From: Girardia tigrina
Taxonomy: Eukaryota
Length of the DNA stretch: 64,000 nt
Assembly: GCA_001938485.1 (NCBI GenBank)
Contig: MQRK01228140.1
Location: forward strand, 1 to 64,000
Reading direction: 5' to 3'
Shown one piece after another: positions 52,701 to 62,527 of the stretch (within the stretch, counting starts at the first letter, position 1; every line of letters begins with the position of its first letter). The translations under genes were made by a program, and so were the position numbers. The notes below the pieces were generated by a model. That model searched no databases and had not been told where the DNA came from. It saw nothing but the letters and a program-made list of their open reading frames with translations.

Positions 52701-53162
52701 GTCTATTTAGAGTTTCAGAAGCTTTCTTCTTTGGATAAATCACAACTGTGTAGAAATATTCAAGATTTGGCTTTGAAATGGTACATGGATAACAAAAATA
52801 GTTTTCTAAATCTTTATGTTATGCATTTCAAAAAGCAAAAAAATATTGTACTCTTGAAACAGTATAATAAATTATTTGCATTAATGGGTCCGATGGAACG
52901 AAATTGTTTGGAGGAGCCTTACCAAAGCATCAAAAAACACAGATATCGTTTTGCTAAGCGACATCATTTTCTGACAAAAAATAAGAAAATAAGTATCAAA
53001 ATATCAGAAAAGATGTGTACTGTTTGCTATACTGAATCAGTCAAAATAAGAATAGATTGTGGTCACATATTTTGTGACAGTTGTTCAAGAAGTCTCAATA
53101 AATGTCCTGTGTGCAATTATTCGTTACAGAGTAAAAACAATTTTATTGAGATTAATATATAA
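49743..53162 (+). CDS. Intronless ankyrin-repeat (28 x 33 aa) + C-terminal C3HC4 RING protein, putative E3 ubiquitin ligase
   Basis: 1139-aa ORF; TPIHIAC...EIVKLLLDKNCNVD repeats; CTVC...CGHIFCDSC...CPVC RING. Confidence 0.93.
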   Translation: MFVKFLKSEKTKCNYSSIHFACTKGQKEMVKLLLDKNCNVDEQNVLGKAPIHIACQKNNVEIIKLLLDKNCNVDLTDKNDNTPIHIACQNENVEIIKLLLDKNCNVDLTDKNDNTPIHIACQNENVEIIKLLLAKNCNVDVTDKNDNTPIHIACWKGKKEIIKLLFDKSCSVDVQNKYGDAPIRIACENENVEIVKLLLDKNCNVDVTDKNDNTPIHIACRNENVEIIKLLLDKNCNVDVTDKNAETPIHFACWNGNKEIIKLLLDKSCKVDVQNKNGDAPIHIAFQKNNLDVVKLLLDKNCNVDVTDKNTDTPIHIACRNKNVEIVKLLLDKNCNVDVTDKNTDTPIHFACWNGNKEIIKLLLDKSCKVDVQNKYGDAPIHFACQKNNLDVVKLLLGKNCNVDVTDKNADTPINFACWNGSKEIIKLLLDKNCRVHVQNNYGEAPIHIACENENVEIVKLLLDKNCNVDVTDKNDNTPIHIACRNKNVEIVKLLLDKNCNVDVKSRYSDTPIHIACRNENVEIIKLLLAKNCNVDVTDKNDNTPIHIACRNKNVEIVKLLLDKNCNVDVKSRYSDTPIHIACRNENVEIIKLLLDKNCNVDVTDKDAETPIHFACWNGNKEIIKLLLDKSCKVDVQNKDGDAPIHIAFQKNNLDVVKLLLDKNCNVDVTDKNADTPNHFACWNGNKEIIKVLLDKSCSVDVQNKDGDAPIHIACQKNNLDVVKLLLDKNCNVDVTDKNTNTPIHIACQNENVEILKLLLNKNCNVDVTDKNDNTPIFMACWKGNKEIIELLLDKSCKVDVRNKNGDAPIHIAFQKNNLDVVKLLLDKNCNVDVTDKNDNTPIHIACRNENLEIVKLLLDKNCNVDVKSRYSDTPIHIACRNENVEIVKLLLDKKCNVDIQNNNGDTPIHIACKNGYIEIVKLLLKRHCILESNNNDIKTPLELVKLEKHLLIAEILLKKNIFLKITNSQMAYLTNVPLRLSPNTIVYLEFQKLSSLDKSQLCRNIQDLALKWYMDNKNSFLNLYVMHFKKQKNIVLLKQYNKLFALMGPMERNCLEEPYQSIKKHRYRFAKRHHFLTKNKKISIKISEKMCTVCYTESVKIRIDCGHIFCDSCSRSLNKCPVCNYSLQSKNNFIEINI

Positions 53163-54199
53163 TTTTCAATAAGGATTGACAAACAACGGTGTCACAAACC
53201 TCTGATAACTTACGTTGGAACATCCAGTGTGATAATCGATCATCTGAAAACGTTTTTCTATTCATTCAGTTTTTGTGTTTAAATATTAACTTATTTGTGT
53301 GTAATACTTGAAACTCTCATTGTGTTTGAAAATTGTGAATAAATAAATTTCTATTTCTTTTAATTTCAAATGTTAAATTAAAGAATTTATTGAATGAAGA
53401 TTGTTTATCCCAATCAATCGTGAAGAATAATTAGTTTATATTATAGTTTTTAAATAGTTTATAATAAATTTAAATTAATTTGAATAATTAAATTAATTAT
53501 TTAAAATCATTTATAATATTTAAAATAAGTATTTCAAATAATAAATAAATGTGATTAGGTATTTTTTTGCTTATTTTATTGGCTTTTTGTGAATGTCTGG
53601 TAAGTGTATGTGTGTATTGTGTGTATGATATATTAATAATTGATTGATTGAAAGTGTGTGTGTTATGTGAGTGATAATTTTGTTATTGTGAATTGTTATC
53701 ACACTTTAAATCAATTTTTTAAAAGACAATTTAAATCAGTTTGTAAAAAGAGAATTTGTCAATTTAAAAAAATAAATAAAGGAATTTAAAAAAGTTGTCA
53801 GTGTTCAAATGAATTTAAAAAAAAGATGAAAAATTATATAGTGAGATCTTATACATAATTGGAATTTCAAGAGAAAGATAATAAAAACGTATCGTGTCGA
53901 GATTCCTTTGACTTCTTAAAAAAATTAAATAAAATCATTAGAGCCAAAAATTGGTTGGCGGTATACATTTTTCTGAATTCTTTTGATAAATTACGAAAAT
54001 TTGATGCAACAAATCTGGATACTCTCGTTAACGTGGGTCGTTTTCCAGAACAGAGTAGTTTTGGTGTTAATATTATCACTATACTGATTTCAAGAATGAC
54101 TCCAAGGAAAATGTTCTCCGACTATTCGAGTTTGAACTTATTTTCTGTTTACACCCGAACACCAAATAAGCTTTAATCAAATTAATACTAATTTGAATG

Positions 54200-57100
54200 T
54201 GTTGCGTTAGAATCAAACTTTAATATAAAACATATAACATAAAATTTGAGTATCGATTTAAACAAAATAATCAAAAGATCGCAAAACACATAAAGATAGA
54301 GAATTCACATGAAAATATAAGAATTACAATAAATAAATAATAAATAGCGCAAGAATAAACACAAAATGATACAAAAAACATAAATATCGATAGAAAAATG
54401 AATATTTACGAGACAATAATCGACAAAACCGGAATAATAAACGAAATCAAACAGGAAAAAATCCGACAAAATTATTATAAAATCTAGAATAATTTTACGA
54501 ACAAAACAAAATAAAAATTACGAAAATCCATTAAGAATTCGCAGAGAAATAGCAAAATTGAAGTAAAAATAATAAATAATAAATCAATAAATAACGATTA
54601 ATGAACGGATTTGGATGAAATAAACAAATAAAATAGTCGGAAAAAATCACTAAAATACTCGTAAAATACCAAAAGATAATAAAAGATAATAACCACATCG
54701 AAAAACGAGAGAAAATAGCAAGTAAATACATAAATTGGAACATCGCCAAATAAGGAAGTAACGATGAAAATCTCACAAAATGAAGACGAAAAATTCATAA
54801 AATAATCGGAAAATCAAGGAAAAATCAGCAAGATACAAAAACACCGCAATCAACACTAATCGACAAAGATTTCGAAAGAAAATAATTAAAAATTAATAAA
54901 ATTGTATTTTACTGTAATACTGTGATCAAAAAACGCAAATCTGAATGTAAATCGATCGATAAAAACGGAAAAAAATCGTAAAAATTATGATAAAAATTAT
55001 GCGATAGAAATCATGAAAAAAAGCGCAGTGAAAATAGAAAAATACAAAAAGAAACATAAAAAATCAATTAAATCGAAAATCATTCAAAATAATCAATCAA
55101 TGAGTCCAATATTATGCGGACGCCACTGAAACAGATTCCAATCGATTTAGAGTAACGTAAAAAGCTGCAAAAACGCAATAATGATAAATATCCATCGAAG
55201 CCGCAATAAATTATAAATTGAAAATATATCAAACAGAATGAATTAGATGTGGTAAAAATCTGAAAAAAATTCAAACAATCAGGAATAAACAGATTAACGG
55301 AAATAATCGAACTCCGCATGAAAATCCGACTGAAATCGTTGTGAAAAATAAAATCCGACGAAATCACGCCCATAACGAATATCGGCCAAATTAGAAGATA
55401 ATTCGAAACTCATAATCAATTAACGTGAGGATCACTGAAAAACACAATTACCAAAAATCCTGAAAGGTAAAATCAAAAGTTTCAGACAAAAATCAAAATT
55501 TCAATCAAAAATCAGAAAAAGTTAAAATCAAATTTAAATGAATGTATCAATAAAATAAAGTCCTCACTCTCCTCTGGATCGTCGCAGAGGCAGGCCTTTA
55601 CATTATGCCGGCTCCAGGAGGTAAAAAACGAAATAAAATATATGAAAGATAAAGGTCATTCAAAAAATGTAAATTTCACTCACTTTGAAACGGAATTTCC
55701 GCATTGGATTTTGAGTGCGCGCGCGGAGCATCGTCACTGACATAATGCAATTGATCCGAATAAACAATGATGCTCTGAAGGTCCGGAAAAAGGCTGAAAA
55801 GATTATCAAAATTAGTAAAATTAAAACAAAACAAATGTACTTACCGGATTAATCATCGATCCAAAATTTTCTAAATTTTTTAATTCTAGAAAGTCCAAAA
55901 ATGGAACTGACATGTTCCAATCAAAATTTGTCGTACGATTCCAAAACGTACGTGGACCAATTAAGAATTAACACGCGACAATTTTAGACTGAAATCCCAG
56001 TATAAATACTGAACAGTTTTAGACAAAAATCAGACTTAAAAATCAGAATAAAAAATTGAGAACGAAAATAGAATAGTTTTGAGAATAAAAAATTGAATAT
56101 TTTTGAGAACAAAAACTAGACAATTTTTAAAGACAATTCTTGGTATTGTTAAAATTTTCGCGTCCGAGAGAGAAAGTAATGGATTACTCTCTCTCTCTGG
56201 TCCCGAATTTTTAATTTTTATCCCTACAAACGGTCGGTCATCCGCTTTTTTATGTTTTTATTTTTATGTTAAATCGTTTTACTGCACAATTATAAATATT
56301 TCATAACCATTTATTTTATGTTAATATTTTTTTTGATGATCAATTTCAGCTCGAATACCCTCGGGTAGGATAACGTTTAAAATCATTTTATTCAAAATGA
56401 AATTCTTGAAGGCTGGTTCCGGCATGCGTGTTAGCGCGGCCAGTATAAGTCCCCGGATTATGAAGCCTCTGAGCGATATAAAAACTCAAGAATTCATACC
56501 GGAAGGCAGTTTCGGAATCCGACTGCAAATCTGTTTGACCGCTTACGTAGAATAGGGATTAAATAATTAATCAACAACTCGTATTATAACTGTTATAATT
56601 TTAGATGATACAACAGATAGAACTGCTGGAAGCTAAGCGAACAATTGAGAAATTGCAGCAAGAAAATAAAATGTTAAAGAGAGTCAGGGCGACAGATCGC
56701 AAAGAAATACTGAACCTGCGAGATAGCGTAGAGCGCTTATCACTGAAGTTGAGAGTATCGAAGGAATCTTCTATAGAGCCTGAGGAGTATGCTCGTGTAG
56801 TGAGACGAGGTGTAGTAATGGAGAGCCGAATAAGAGAGCTCGAGTGCCTTTATTCTGAGCAATTTCAGATCCGCATGAGAGAAAAGCTAAGGCCCGACGA
56901 AGGGAAAGAGTCGCGCACCTTAGGAACTCAATGGTGTATCGCGGATTATTGAGGTGAGGACTATGTGAATAGGCGAAAGCGTCAAAGGCTCCTTAAGAGC
57001 ATAGATAATGTTGTAAAATGTTTTTCAAAATAAAATTTTTTAATGGGTTTATATGAGTTGTTGATGTATTATTTTAAAATATAACATGCACTGATTAGTT

Positions 57101-57650
57101 TAAAATTTTGTTAGCATTTCTTTCTTCTTCTATAACTCTTTATCTTGACACCAAAATCATACAAATGAATGGAGGATTTGCGTTAGGGTATTCGAGCCCA
57201 TACTTTTGTAAATAAGCTTTATAATTAAAATAATAAAAGCTGAAATGTTGTCATAGATATCATACCTGTTAAGGGGTTTCAACATACCAAGATATAACAT
57301 ACAGTAGCTGGGGTCGAGACAACACATCATGGGGTTACTACATTAATGAAAATCGTTTTAATTTAACATCACATCATACCCATGGGGGCTGATCTGGTCT
57401 ATCTGGTCTTAAACCTGTGTAGATCTGGAACCTGGTAGGTCCTCATTACTTATCACTACATGCAGATGGTATGTTGGGTGAGAGGCAAGTTTTGGTCATA
57501 GACATCGAGAGATTAAGAGTTAAACTATACATGCAGGGACTAAATTAGTATGATAGTGTTTTATGGTTGGTTACCGATAACCTGGGGGCTCAAAGCCAAA
57601 ATCTCCCAAGATATGTTCACATGTTTTAAAACACCACGAACGCCACAACA
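54200..57650. mobile_element. 3451-bp TGTTG...CAACA insertion (long solo-LTR-like) with 4-bp TSD AATG
   Basis: Excision restores ATTTGAATGATATTC as seen in copy 2; TATA box at 56001; no transposase or pol. Confidence 0.82.
56179..57033 (+). pseudogene. Four-exon coiled-coil gene inside the LTR-like element, with two in-frame stops
   Basis: Exons 56179-56232, 56350-56364, 56412-56546, 56605-57033, all phase 0 with gt-ag introns; TAA in exon 1 and TGA at 56950; C-terminal RRKRQR. Confidence 0.65.
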
Positions 57651-57913
57651 AATGATATTCAAAGAATTATGGTGAAAAGCATAAACGATGTATTTCTACG
57701 AGGAGAATCTCTGAGTGCCTTAAATGATAAATTGACAAATAGTTCTTCTATTTCCAAAACATGGAGACACGGCTTCCTGTCCAATATGTTTATACCATAA
57801 ATAATAATAGTAACATAAAATCATTTTATATTTTTCTTAATCTTGAGTCGTATTAACGCTAATTAGATATAGTTCCAATATAATTTACTTAAAGCTCGTT
57901 TTAAAATATAATC

Positions 57914-57963
57914 ATTGTACATGTTTCGATTTCTTTCACATCATCATCATCAGCGCAGCAATT
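57914..57963 (-). ncRNA. Degenerate minimal hammerhead in a Penelope-like terminal remnant
   Basis: Minus strand CTGATGA...GAT-n9-ATC GAAAC AT GTA CAAT; downstream GACTCAA motif as at about 11812. Confidence 0.6.
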
Positions 57964-58193
57964 ATTATTTGAAATGAATGTCCCTGGGTTTTAAGAAAAC
58001 GATTGTAAATTTGTTCTTACCTCGGAGAGAGCGTAAGCGGATATATCTTATTTCAGGGTCTTAGACAAAAACCCCACAACATATATATCCCCTAACAAAA
58101 ACCACTGAAACAAAGAATTTGAATCTATGTACATTTTTATCGGATTTTGTTACGGATGACCGGCTAACATTTGAGTGCAGTATACTTCCTCAT

Positions 58194-58231
58194 CCTAACC
58201 CTAACCATAACCCTAATCATAACTCTAAACC
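58194..58231. repeat. Degenerate (CCCTAA)n telomere-like tract next to a hAT-like TIR (CAGTGTTTCCGAACC at 58232)
   Basis: CCTAACCCTAACCATAACCCTAATCATAACTCTAAACC. Confidence 0.6.
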
Positions 58232-58449
58232 AGTGTTTCCGAACCTGGGCAATATCGCCAAAATTTGGCGATCAAAAATAATTTATGGGCGATGAAAAGT
58301 GAATGCAGAATTAGTGGGAGATTTTTAATTTCACAATTCAACATTTATAATTCGTTAATTTATTGAAAATGTTACGACAGTTCTTATAATAAATTCCAAT
58401 TCATTTTTTTAAACTTTTATTTGATATTAAATTTCTGATCTACTGGGTG

Positions 58450-59537
58450 GCTCCACTTCTGTCGAGACGTTGCATTTTGAGTGTTCACAGCCTGTAAGAG
58501 ACTCTTCATATTCTTCTTCAATTTTATTCACGAATCTTCGATTATCTCCTAGTCTTCTGTCTTCTATATCTCGATATCTTGGTTGATTGTATCCTAATCC
58601 TCGATAGTTATTGTCACCTGTATTTTGCTATCGTCTTCTGCCATTTAGGTTTGTATAGCATTTACTTTCACTGTGGCCTTTATCTTGACATCTTTTGCAT
58701 TCGATGTTTGGACAGTTTCTTCTTATGTGTCCCTGTTGTCCACAACCATAACATTTTATTGGTCTCCTTTCCGAATAATTTCTTATCCTGTGTCCTTCAT
58801 TTCCACATCCGAAACACTTGATTGGTTTTCTTTGTCTACACGTTTCACTTACGTGACCTACTTTTTCACAATTACTACATTTGACGGTTTTCCTGCCTTG
58901 AGCGTATTCTGTAGTATTTCTACCAACCGCTGTATGATTTTGTCAGTATTTACTGTCTCCTGTTACTGCTCCTCTGTAACTCCGCGTCTGTTTTGCATCC
59001 CCTGGTCTCTTACTACATTCACGTCTTGTGTAACACTTTTGACGTCATGTACTGCCTTTATCTTTTCTTTTAACTCATCTATTATTTCACTTTGTTAAGT
59101 CTCATTTCCTTCTTTATGTCCACATCATCACAACAATGTAACAATAATGCTTCCGTGAGGGCCTCTTTTGAAAAGTCATGTTTCAAGATCTTGGCTGTGA
59201 GCTTTTCTACTTTCTCACAAAATACTTCCGGTATATCTTCCTTCATCCTGTACCGGCATGCCTCAGTCAGGTCTTCGAATAATGAGGAAGTTCGAGAGAA
59301 TGCTTTTCTCAATCGGTCTTTATAACCTACTATTGTCTTATCTACCGCTTTGTATTCATCTTTCAGATCTCTGTCCAACAAACAAACGACTATTGTCTCT
59401 TGTTTGGCCTTCGCTATTCCTGCAAAATTAAAGAATATTTCACATTCTTCAATAAATGTCTCCACATTATCGCCTTTCCTGTACTTTTCAGGTAACAGTT
59501 GACCAGTGAAAATATTCATTGCAGCGTTAGTCGCCAT
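58450..59537 (-). pseudogene. Gypsy gag remnant with four CCHC-type zinc knuckles
   Basis: PEKYRKGDNVETFIEECEIFF...; CSNCEKVGH, CFGCGNEGH, CYGCGQQGH, CKRCQDKGH. Confidence 0.85.
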
Positions 59538-60145
59538 GTGAAAAATAAAAAATGATATAATAAGACAACTATTAAAAAATCAAAAACGTTTTTAAAAATA
59601 AAATATTTTTAATGTGTTTTTAAATATATTAAAAAAATTAAAAATGATATAATAAAAGAAAATCATAAAAAATTAAACATCTATTTAAAAATAAAAAATA
59701 TCTTTTAATCTATCTATTAAATATCTTAAAATTAAAAATGTTAAGAAAACTATAAAATATTAAGAATAATATATTAAATAATATATTAAGAAAACTATTT
59801 TCGATTTTAAAAATATTTGAATTATCCATCGAATTATTCCAATTATTGTGAATATTAAAAAAAAATATTTTTTATTAATAATCACAATTTATTTTCTTGT
59901 GAGGATATCAGTTTGTAAACCTAATAACATTATAATTACTAATAAGTAATTAAGTACATAGCTATACAAATGTACCACGTAGCAAATGCTGTTATTCTCT
60001 AATATTTAATATGATGTTTATGATACAGCCTTTTCAGGGGGCGTGGCCATATTGATTAAATTATTTGGTAAATAATTATTCGATGCCATTTTAGATTTTA
60101 CAGTCTTAAAATTAATAATAATTAAACAAATAAAAAAACCTTGAA

Positions 60146-62527
60146 ATGAAGAAAATCTCAAGTTTTTTCCCAGCTGCTGCTCCGGTAAGCAAACAATTGA
60201 AACAAGAACTTGCGGAAGGTAATGATATACAAACGACAGTCTCAGAAAAAAACGTGTGTAGGCGATGTAGACATAGACTCGGACAATGATCAGTCAAGTT
60301 GTTGGACATTGGAGCAAAAATTAAACTTCTGTGAAAGATATGAGTGGCTGTGCGTTAGAAGAAAAATGCTCGGCTGTAAAGTCTGCCGAAAGGTTGGAAC
60401 ACTTGACATAGAAGCAAAAATGGGCATGAAAATATCGAAAGAATGGACTGATGACGAAGTATCTTGTTACGGAGATGAAAAAAGAAACAACAGAATTCAC
60501 TCGGAAAGAAAATTTTGCATCACAAGGAATCTGCTGGACATCAAACTGCTGTAAAGATAGTAACAGAAGCAGAAAAGGAAAAGCTTGAATACGTAGTTTA
60601 AAAAATTAATCATTAACATTAAATCATTAACACGTGAGAAAACAGTAAGGGCTAAAATTTTTCGCACTACGTACAAAGTTGCGAAACGAAATCAGTCATT
60701 TAATAACTTTGAAATGGAAACTGATTTACAAGAAATGAACGGGATAGACATGGGTCGCATTCTACATTCGACAAATGAATGCATTAATATTGTGAACCAT
60801 ATAAGCACTGAAAGGAGACAGAAGCTGGTCAAATAAGTGGTTAATTCCAAAAGTAAAACGTCACTGATGATCGATGAATCTACGACATTGAGCGGAAAAT
60901 CAACCCTTATAATATACTTGCGAAGTTGTATAGAAGGCACTGAAATGAAAGAACCAGTAAATTTATTTCTGGACTTAGTCGAACTTCAAAGTGTCACAGC
61001 CAACGGAATCTTTACTGCTTTACTAGACTGTCTTAAATATTACGGGATTGGTGAACTATTTAGTTTCTGTTACATGTGATGGTGCATCTGTCATGTTCGG
61101 ATGCAGAAGTGGAGTAAAGAAGCTACTCACTGATAAATTTCCATCGGTGATATTCTGGTACTGTGCTAATCACAGACTTTAACTATCAGTAGAAGATACC
61201 GTAAAGGACTTTTCGGGAGTAAATAGATTTAAATCATTCCTTGATAAGCTATACGTAATATACCATGCTTCTCCAAGAAATAGTAGAGAACTGCATTCAT
61301 GTGCAAAATTACTTGGAGTAGAGTTATTGAAAATTGGACGGGTTTTAAGTACGCGATGGGTTTCTTCAAGTTTCCGTGTAGAGTTTCATGTTTGCAATAA
61401 TTATGCAGCTCTGATAAATCATTTTGAAGAAGCAATGACAAGAAGTAACAATGAGAAATGTACATATGAAGGTTTGAAGAAGAAAATTGCATCAACTGAA
61501 TTTGTGATGGATCTTGGTCTGATGTGTGATGCTCTTCAAGAGTTATCTGAATTTAGCTTGGACCTACAACAGCGAAACATGAATCTTTACAAAGTAAATC
61601 AAAAAATAAAATCACTCTAACAGGTGTTCGTGGAACGAAGGGAAAATCCATGCCCATTCTACAGGAATGTAACAGCAGCTGCTGAGCATCTAATATTTAA
61701 TGAATTTGTACTACACAACAGAAACTGCAAAAATGACCATCCTATTGATGCAAATGTCTTTTACGAGAAACTTAGCGAATCCATTGCGAAAAGATTACTG
61801 TCTAATGAGGATGTTGAACTAGCTCAATGGACTAGCATACTAGATCAGAGCCATTGGACAGATAACATGAACAACCAGTTGACATTTGGAGAAGCGGAAA
61901 TTGAGAAATTGTGTAGCAGGCTACAACTTAATGCAAGAGAAATCATTCATGGATTCGGTGATTATCTTACGGAAAGAACATATTCTTAAAGAATTCTTCC
62001 TCTGACATATGCTCTTAATACAATTTCCATTTCTTCCAGCGAGTGTGAAAGTGGATTCTCACAAATGAATTTAATAATCACCCCAACGAGAGCTTCGCAT
62101 ATGATAAAATTAATCTCGGAACTTTTATTCATCAGAATGGTCGGCCCTCTATTAACATATTTTGATCCTAGAAAGTACGTAGACTCTTGGCTGCTTCGAG
62201 GCAAAGCAAGAAAAGAAATCGAGATGATTTGTCTGATGAAAACATGAGAAAACTCTGGAAATTATTTTAAAGCCCAATACGGTACAGTATCATAATACAA
62301 TAGAATACATTTGTGATTTTTCCACATAAACTTTAGTCAGGTCGCTTTTAATTATAAATAAACTCTTTGAGTCTCTCATTTACTTATAAAAAAACGTTTG
62401 TCTTTAAATTTCCTGTAAAATAAATTTGTGTTCAGTGGGAAAATTCAATTATAGTACTTTCTAACATAAGGTAAAAACACATATAAAATGAGTTCCCAAA
62501 CCTTTTTTTATTAGAAATAAAGCACTG
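60146..62527 (+). mobile_element. hAT transposon (ZNF862-like transposase pseudogene), right TIR present
   Basis: LGCKVC, SLMIDESTT, CDGASVMFG, CANHRL, TRWVSS, SSSECESGFSQMNLI; ends AATAAAGCACTG. Confidence 0.88.

Larger units (their letters stand above)
53590..57783 (+). mobile_element. TGGA...TCCA element copy 3 (ORF-X, 5' terminus not found), split by a 3.45-kb insertion
   Basis: 53740-54199 plus 57651-57783 matches the reverse complement of 40638-41200; ends GGCTTCCTGTCCA. Confidence 0.8.

Noticed and set aside
40638-57783. One 17-kb element with ~550-bp TIRs enclosing the ankyrin locus
   Set aside because: The left 'TIR' belongs to a self-contained 1262-bp copy with its own TSD inside a mariner, so the inverted match comes from two independent family copies.
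58194-58231. True telomere or telomere fusion
   Set aside because: Only about 6 degenerate units beside transposon ends.
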